A stretch of DNA of 64,000 bases from Mobula birostris (lineage: Eukaryota). The DNA lies in assembly GCF_030028105.1 (NCBI RefSeq), contig NC_092377.1, positions 99,454,865 through 99,518,864 of the forward strand, in the 5' to 3' direction. The notes beneath the pieces are model-generated. The model was given only the letters and a program-made list of their open reading frames with translations, was not told the origin of the DNA and did not search any database. Made by a program: the position numbers and the translations under genes. Positions within the stretch are counted from its first letter, which is position 1. Every line of letters starts with the position of its first letter. Shown here piece by piece: positions 56,700 to 64,000 of this stretch.

Positions 56700-57924
56700 T
56701 GAAGCGAATTAAATGGCACTGTGCTTACCCAGAAGTCTCCGCACTTCAGAATGTGCCGTAGGTGACCCAGCGATTGAATGCGCAGGCGTAAGGGTCGCCG
56801 TAACGCACAAATATCACGCAGACGCTCAGTGGACAAAAGACTCTGGAGGATCGACAGCAGGTAGGAGCGGGGCTGTGGGTGGGCGATTTCATTCACTCGG
56901 GTGTCTGCACTCTGACTGAGGAACAATTGCTGTGATCTCCCGATACACGGTGAGACTGGTCCCGGTGATTTCCGTCACTCAACCCCGTGATCCGTCTCAC
57001 AACCCCGGGGAGTGATTTTGCTGATGGGCAAAGGTGCTGGCGCCATTTCTGTGGCGCATGCGTAGCGTTGGGACCGTGACGGGTTTCTTGTTCGTGGGGG
57101 TTTCTGGGTATACGGGCAGCCATGTATGATACTTTCCACGCCTCCTCGCAAGTTCGTAAAGTGTACTTGGGAGCACATGCGGAGGGAATGGGAGCATATA
57201 GATCTTCCAGCATTTCGAGCTCCAGCTCCAGGTATCTAAATCTGAGGATTAGGAACGGCACAAAAATATAGTTTCGAGTTAGACTCTTCGTTCGAGATTA
57301 TCTTACTGTCAACCAATTAGGAACGAATTCCTTCCATCGGCTCTAGTTCTTGAGAAAATTACCTTTGTTCTGCCTCCTCTTGTTCTGGGCCTTTGTACCC
57401 ATGAGACTATGTTTTGAACTGTTCTTTCTGGGTACGTAATGATGTCAATCAGCTTAGTCCTGGGTAACGAGTGACCTACAGTGTATAGATTTCACATCGC
57501 TAAACTGTCACACTCCATTGAGAAAGGATACTGCCTCCTTCATATTCATTGGCATTGCTGTAGATGAGTTCACCACCTGGGGGGGAGTCAGAGTAATTAG
57601 AAAGTCTCCGGGATCATCCATATAATATCCTGTTCTCTTTGTGGTGCTGTGGGATATAATTTGAAATAATATTAACGGAGAGAGACAAACTGAGCCGAGT
57701 CACAGAATGAAGACAGGCAGAAATGGCCCATTCTGTTACAGTCAGAGAATTTGCTGGTCAGTGCAGATTCCTGATCTGTGCCCAGTTAGAAGATGAGTTG
57801 TTCCTCTAACTTGTGTTGAACCTCACTGTAACACTGATGTGGGAGCTCAGCATAGACACCGAAATGATCTCATCTGAAATGCTGTCCTCCTTCCATTGAT
57901 TTATTTTGTGAATCTTTTTACAGG
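56700..57924 (+). promoter_or_regulatory. CpG-rich promoter/exon 1 and intron of the ZNF gene
   Basis: CpG-dense 56700-57260 with NRF1-like TGCGCAGGCG (56779) and GCGCATGCG (57054); candidate donor CAG|GTATCT at 57231; acceptor TTTTTACAG|G at 57923. Confidence 0.6.
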
Positions 57925-58471
57925 TTAGAAACGGCAAAAATTTTGTGTACAGGAATCTCAAACACAACAACACATCAGTTTTGCTCCCTCTGTCCAGATA
58001 TTTAAGGAGTGACCAGATAGTTCCTTTATAACATTCATTGTTGATCCTTGAAGATGTACCTCATCCCAGCTGGAAATGTACTTCGTGTCTGAAATGATAT
58101 TTTCTGTTGTAACTCAGTGAAATCCACTGGAACCGGGTGCAGAGAACACACCAGCATTTGTTCATTAGAGAGAAGCTCTTCAACTGCATTGATTGTGCGA
58201 GGGATTCACTACGTCTGATTTCTGGAGTATTGATATCAGTCTGGGAAGAGATTCACTCACTCAGCTGACACGCATACACACCAGTGAGTTCGCAGTGGGA
58301 AGAGGCCATTCACCTGCTTCGGCTGTGGAACGGGATTCACTCACTCATTCAGATTGCATACACACAAGTGAGTTCACACTGGGGAGAAACCATTCACCTG
58401 CTCAGACTGTGTGAGGGGATTCACTCAAGTCATCTGACCTACTGACACACCAGTCAGTTCACACTGGGGAG

Positions 58472-60160
58472 ATGCCATTCACCTGTTCAGTCTGTGGGAA
58501 GGGATTTCCTCAGTCATTTCAACTGAAGGTACATCAACGAGTTCACACCGGAGAGAAGCCGTTCACTTGTTCTGTGTGTGGGAAAGGATTCACTCAATCG
58601 TCCAATCTACGGAGACACCAATCAATTCACACTGGGAAACGTCCGTTCACCTGCACAATCTGTGGAATGGGATTCATTCAGTCATCTGACCTACTGGCAC
58701 ACCGGTCAGTTCACACTGGGGAGAAGCCATTCATCTGTTCAGACTGTGGGAAAGGATTTCCACGGTCATTTCAGTTGAAGGTACATCAGCGAGTGCACAC
58801 AAGGGAGAGGCCATTCACCTGCCCAGACTGTGGGAAGGGATTCACGCAGTCATCTGAACTGAAAGTACATCAACGAGCTCACACTGGGGAGAGGCCATTC
58901 ACCTGCTCAGATTGTGGGAAGGGATTCACCCACTCATCTAACCTACAGACACATCAGCGAGTTCACACTGGGGAACGGCCATTTATCTGCTCAGTCTGCA
59001 GGAAGGGATTCACTCAATCATCTCAGCTACTGGCACACCAGTCAGTTCACTCTGCAGAGAGGCCATTCACCTGCTCAGAATGTGGGAAGGGATTCACTCA
59101 CTCATCTAACCTACAGGCACACCAGCGAGTTCACTCTGGGGAGAAACCATTCACCTGCTCAGATTGTGGGAAGGGATTCACTCAGTCATCTCAACTGAAG
59201 GTACATCAGCGAGTTCACACAGGAGAGAGACCATTCACCTGCTCAGAATGTGGGAAAGGATTCACTCAGTCATCCAACCTACAGACTCATCAACTAGTTC
59301 ACACTGGGAAGAAACCGTTCACCTGCTCAGATTGTGGGAAGGGATTCACTGAGTCATCTCAACTCAAGGTACATCAGCGAGTTCACACTGGGGAGAAACC
59401 ATTCACCTGCTCAGACTGTGGGAAGGGATTCACTCGGTCATCTAATCTATTGGCACACCAGCGAGTTCACACTGGGGAGAGGCCATTCACCTGCCCGGAG
59501 TGTGGAAAAGGATTTACTCAGTCATCAAACCTACTGGCACACCAGTCAGTTCACACTGGGGAGATGCCGTTCACCTGCTCAGACTGTGGGAAGGGATTTC
59601 CACGGTCTTTTCAACTAAAGGAACATCAGCGAGTTCACACTGGGGAGAGGCCATTCACCTGCTCAAACTGTGGGAAGGGATTCACTCACTCATCCCACTT
59701 ACAGACACACCAGCGAGTTCATACAGGAGCGAGGCCGTTCACCTGTTCTGTGTGCGGGAAGCGGTTCACTCAGTCATCCAACCTACGAAGACACCAGTCA
59801 GTTCACACTGGGGAGATGGAGTTCACCTGTTCAGACTGTGGGAAGGGATTTCCAATGTCATTTCAACTGAAGGTACACCAGCGAGTTCACACTGGGGAGA
59901 GGCCATTCACCTGCTCAAATTGTGGGAAGGGATTCACTCAGTTATCACATCTGCAGACACATCAGCGAGTTCACACAGGAGAGAAGCCGTTCACCTGTTC
60001 CATTTGTGGGAATGGATTCACTCAGTTATGCAACCTGCGGACACATCAGTCAGTTCACACTGGTGAGAAACCGTTCTCCTGCTCTGAATGTGGGAAGAGA
60101 TTCACTCAGTCATCCAACCTTGTGACGCACTACCGAGTTCACACTGGGGAAAAGGTTTAA
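58472..60160 (+). CDS. Tandem C2H2 zinc-finger protein, 20 fingers, no KRAB/SCAN/BTB domain visible
   Basis: 20 uninterrupted F-x-C-x2-C-x3-F-x5-L-x2-H-x3-H repeats with TGE(K/R)P linkers; AATAAA at 60358-60363. Confidence 0.93.
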   Translation: MPFTCSVCGKGFPQSFQLKVHQRVHTGEKPFTCSVCGKGFTQSSNLRRHQSIHTGKRPFTCTICGMGFIQSSDLLAHRSVHTGEKPFICSDCGKGFPRSFQLKVHQRVHTRERPFTCPDCGKGFTQSSELKVHQRAHTGERPFTCSDCGKGFTHSSNLQTHQRVHTGERPFICSVCRKGFTQSSQLLAHQSVHSAERPFTCSECGKGFTHSSNLQAHQRVHSGEKPFTCSDCGKGFTQSSQLKVHQRVHTGERPFTCSECGKGFTQSSNLQTHQLVHTGKKPFTCSDCGKGFTESSQLKVHQRVHTGEKPFTCSDCGKGFTRSSNLLAHQRVHTGERPFTCPECGKGFTQSSNLLAHQSVHTGEMPFTCSDCGKGFPRSFQLKEHQRVHTGERPFTCSNCGKGFTHSSHLQTHQRVHTGARPFTCSVCGKRFTQSSNLRRHQSVHTGEMEFTCSDCGKGFPMSFQLKVHQRVHTGERPFTCSNCGKGFTQLSHLQTHQRVHTGEKPFTCSICGNGFTQLCNLRTHQSVHTGEKPFSCSECGKRFTQSSNLVTHYRVHTGEKV

Positions 60161-63009
60161 TAAGCTGCTTGCTGGATGTTTAACCATCACAGTTGCTGAA
60201 TTCAGAGGCAAGTTCAAAAGTGACTGTTGAACTCTGCAATTATTGCTGCTGCTCATCACACCCAGTTCTGTACCCTGGTCACTGGGCATGGGAGGAGTTT
60301 CTTCTGCTGATGTTCCCCTTTGATGGGACTGGAGTTTAATATTCTGGATCTGTGACTAATAAATCAGTTCTATTTTAATCACTGTCTCAGGTGCCTAGTG
60401 AATCTACAATACACCCAGTGTACAGTAGGAAGTCAACTCAGCCCAGCTGATCCCTGTCAGGGTTTCCGTTCCACAGCAATCCTTTTAAATCCATCCCTGC
60501 TGTTCACCTCTCACACTCCCTCTGTGATACATTCCAAACAGTCACCACTCTGTGGGTGAATTTCCTGCATGAATTTTGGCAGACTGAAGAAGAAGATAAG
60601 CCGTCTGTAGTTACCTTTGACATGTTCTTTGCTTCTCAAATCCCTGGGCTGAAGAAGAATGACGTTGATAGATAACCTGCTCCTTCCCAGATCTATTTAA
60701 CACTTCACTGTTTCCAAAGGGCTGTATCTCACATTGCTGGGTTGTTAGAATACGCAAATGTGTTCTAAAATCTGAAAGCAGAGTGGCGAATTGTTATTTG
60801 GATGTTCAGTGGAGCAGGGTGAAGAACCAGAGAGTCAGCATAGGTCAGTGTTTGGGGCTCTGGACAGTGGTTGGAGTAAGAGAACAGAAAGGGGGCATGG
60901 TGACAAATGACGATGTAGCAATATTTGGAATCTGATTGACAGAAAAATAACAGTTGACGTTTCTGGCTGAGACCCTTCATCGGGACAGGTCATCTACAGA
61001 TTTTCTTGTTAGTTCTAAGTTGCTGTGGCAGTGAGAAGCTATAAGATAACTTTGAGATAAATGGATAATGTGATTTTCTACCAATTGAAGTGGAATGTTG
61101 AGATCATGACCAATGTTGAGAACCACCTGATGTCCATACCTTGGTAGATAATGGGAATAGTCGAGACTGAGGCCTAAAAGAAAGAACTGGGTCCAACATC
61201 CAGTGAGTTGAAATGCCAATTAGCTGAATGAGAAAAAGACAAACTCCTTGTGTCACTTTTGGTTCTTTAACAAATCACCTCTGTTGAATGTCATCTGATT
61301 TTGGATCCTTCTGCTAAGTGAGACCATTGTTTCTTCTGTCTGCGTGTATAATGATAATGAACACCTCTGTCTTGGGTAACAAGTGACCTGTAACATTCAC
61401 ACCACAGAAGTTCCACATATTACCAGCCTCCAACAAGGAAGTCTAATCACCTACCCTTGACATTCATTGACATGCCACTGTTGACTTCACCACCATCAAT
61501 CACCTCAGGGTCACAGTGATCAGAAAGTCTCCAGGAGGTTGGATAGATCTCTACCCAAGTAGAGCAGTGAGACATACCCAGAACTACTAAGCTATAGCAA
61601 TGGATGAGACAAACTGAGTCAAATCACAGACAGATGACCAGCAGGATTATCTCATTATGATACAGACAGTTAGAATTTGATGCTGGGTCCAGATACCTGA
61701 CCATGACCAGATAGAAGTTGAGGATTTGTTCTCTTAACTTGTTGGTCTCAATGTTACAGGGTGATGTGGGAGATCACCCTGAAATGCTGACCTTCCCCCA
61801 TTGATGTTCTTAGTGAACTGTTTACAGGATAGAAAAAAAACAAAGGAGCTGTGTATGACAATCTCAAACACAACAACACATTGATTCTGTTCTGAATGTT
61901 TGTCCACCAGCACTTGAATACCATAGATCTTTGAATGTGGCCTTGCAGATTCTAGATAACATCAAGATAGGTACCACACCAGTTGTACCAAGGAAAACCT
62001 GGAGATGTGTTCAGTGTAGGAGCGAGATTTGGATTAACCAACCTGGAGATAAATCTTGTAAATTATCTTTGTGTTATTGAAGGAGTGAACATATATTTTC
62101 TTTGTAACACCAGTATATCAGTTATCGATACCTGGAAAAGATGCCGTATCTCATCCCAGCTTGACGCTTGCTCTGTGTCTGAATGAAGTTTTCTGTTTTA
62201 ACTTCTCATTGAAACCCATTGGATCCAGGGCCCTGAGAACACACCAGCAGATCTTCACTCGAGATCAGACACACAACTGCTTGAAGTGTTTTGGGGTGGG
62301 GGGGTGGGGTTCTCTATGTTATCTGATCTGACAATGCATTAGAAATTTTATAGCCAGGAAAATTAATTCACCTGTTCAGTGTGGAAAGGGATTCAGCCGT
62401 TCATCCAACCTACAGACACCAAGAAGTTAACAGTGGGTAAAATGTCATTAACCTGCTCTGTGTGTGGGAAGGGATGGAATTCAGTCTTGCAACTACAGTA
62501 ACACCAACGAGTTCACACTGAAGAGAGGCCAGTACAAGGGATGGGACAGACTCTGTCATCCAGCTTCAAGATACATCAGGGAGCTCATGACACAGTGAGA
62601 CAGTACACTTGTTCTGACTGTGGGAGGAGATTCATTCAGTTGTCCAACCTGAACACACATCATAAAATTTACACCAGGGGAGGTTGTTCACCTACTCCAT
62701 GTGTGAGATGGAATTCATTGAGTCACCTGAGCTATTGACACATCAGAGATTTCCCACTGGGGAGAGGCTGTTCACCTGCTCTTTAGGTGTGAGAGAATTT
62801 CCTAGGTTATCCCACATGCAGACACACCAGTGAGTTCACACCAGGGAGAGGCCATTCACCTGCTCAGGCTGTGGGAAGTGATTCACTGAGTTATCTCACT
62901 TTATGAGGTAATAGTGAGTTCACACTGGGAGGCTGCACACCTGCCCTGTGTGAGCAAGGAGGTTTATTCAGTCATCCCGCCTGCTGACAAATCAAGTTCA
63001 CATAGGGGA

Positions 63010-63199
63010 CTTTTGGATCTCCCCCTCCCCCTCCAACTTTCAAATCCCTTACTCATTCTTCCTTCAGTTAGTCCTGATGAAGGGTCTCGGCCTGAAACGT
63101 CGACTGCACCTCTTCCTAGAAATGCTGCCTGGCCTGCTGCGTTCACCAGCAACTTTGATGTGTGTTGCTTGAATTTCCAGCATCTGCAGAATTCCTGTT
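63010..63199 (+). mobile_element. Penelope pLTR-derived insertion with a perfect 14-bp TSD
   Basis: GTTCACATAGGGGA at 62996-63009 and 63200-63213. Confidence 0.88.
63069..63106 (+). ncRNA. Minimal type I hammerhead ribozyme motif
   Basis: Stem I TAGTC/GACTG; core CTGATGA 63074-63080; stem II AGG...CCT; GAAA 63094-63097; palindromic ACGT stem III; GUC cleavage triplet (C 63101). Confidence 0.75.
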
Positions 63200-63539
63200 G
63201 TTCACATAGGGGAGACAGTTCAAATAAATCTGTTGAATTTTTAACCATTACGTTTGGCGAATCCAGATGCAAATTGAAGAGTGACTTTTGGTGTCAGATT
63301 CTGCTGTTCATCACACCTGGAAATGAACCCTGGTCACTGGGCACAGGAGGGGTTTGTTCTGATGGCATTAGCCTTTAATTGGACTGGAGTTAAATATTGT
63401 GGGTGTGTCAGAATTAAATCAGTTCTATTTTAAATCTTGTATCTCATGTCATTACTGACTCAATGTTCAGTGGAGAGGCCGTTCCTACCATCTAGTCCCT
63501 GCCAGTGTCTCTGCTCTGTCTCCTCCCATCACTCTTCTC

Positions 63540-64000
63540 CAATATTTTTATGAATTTTACATATAAGAATACAGAGTACAAGAAAAAAAGATACATCAAT
63601 ACATTATACTAAGTCGTATATAAAGACTCCTTACCCTATATTCATACAGATTAATTAATTTGTAGCATTGAAATATAGCAATTTTATTATATAAAAAAAT
63701 CTAACCCACTACCAAGACCAAAGCTGATTAGTAAAGAAAAAAAATTCGTCATCACCTGTGCTTTAACAGCAAATCAAAGGTTTTGAAAATAATTCAAAGG
63801 TCCCCACAATGTTTGAAAATCTTGGCTAGATTCAGAGATTGAACATCGAATCTTCTCTAAATTTAAACATGACATCACATCATGTAACCATTGAGCGTGA
63901 ATAGGGGGGGCCGCATCTTTCCATTTAAGCAACAGCGTCCTTCTGGCCATAAGAGACATAAAAGCCAAAATGTGCAAGTCAGATGACTCCAAAATTATAT
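63540..64000 (-). mobile_element. L1 3' end
   Basis: ARRTLLLKWKDAAPP...CLNLEKIR resembles the L1 ORF2 C-terminus at 31410-32126. Confidence 0.8.

Larger units (their letters stand above)
61370..63440 (+). pseudogene. ZNF unit 5, about 8 decayed fingers
   Basis: Shared intron block; acceptor at 61827; finger remnants 62370-63230 with stops and frameshifts; ATTAAA 63412-63417 in the shared 3'UTR block. Confidence 0.8.

Noticed and set aside
58578-60125. Alternative-frame ORFs in the ZNF array (GRDSL..., WEGIHS...)
   Set aside because: Frame-shifted readings of C2H2 repeats.

Overview
Vertebrate genomic DNA, most likely a cartilaginous fish (ray/shark; inferred from the repeat landscape and KRAB-less C2H2 arrays), with no prokaryotic features. 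It is a TE-riddled mixed cluster. It holds four intact replication-dependent histone genes (H2B 9570-9938+, H3.2 18344-18754+, H4 19780-20091-, H2A 39472-39861-), each with a 3' stem-loop. These are interspersed with five paralogous C2H2 zinc-finger gene units: one intact 20-finger ORF at 58472-60160 and four decayed copies, with 145-5640 and 47447-60700 forming a segmental duplicate. The spacer DNA is CR1, L1, Tx1-like, Rex1/Babar-like, Penelope, R4/Dong, Gypsy, ERV-like and Tc1 debris plus a 38-bp minisatellite. Most notable: (1) a Tx1-type LINE whose 3' end abuts the last codons of a destroyed H2B gene, a candidate histone-targeting retrotransposon; (2) two convergent H2B/H2A modules with reciprocal gene loss, leaving an orphan H2A promoter; (3) an intact minimal hammerhead ribozyme in a young Penelope-derived insertion with a perfect 14-bp TSD; (4) a decayed class-I-fusion env gene with LTR next to the H2B promoter; (5) a recurring E2F/CHR-like 19-bp motif around the histone genes. 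All alignments and translations were done by eye, and TE boundaries are approximate.
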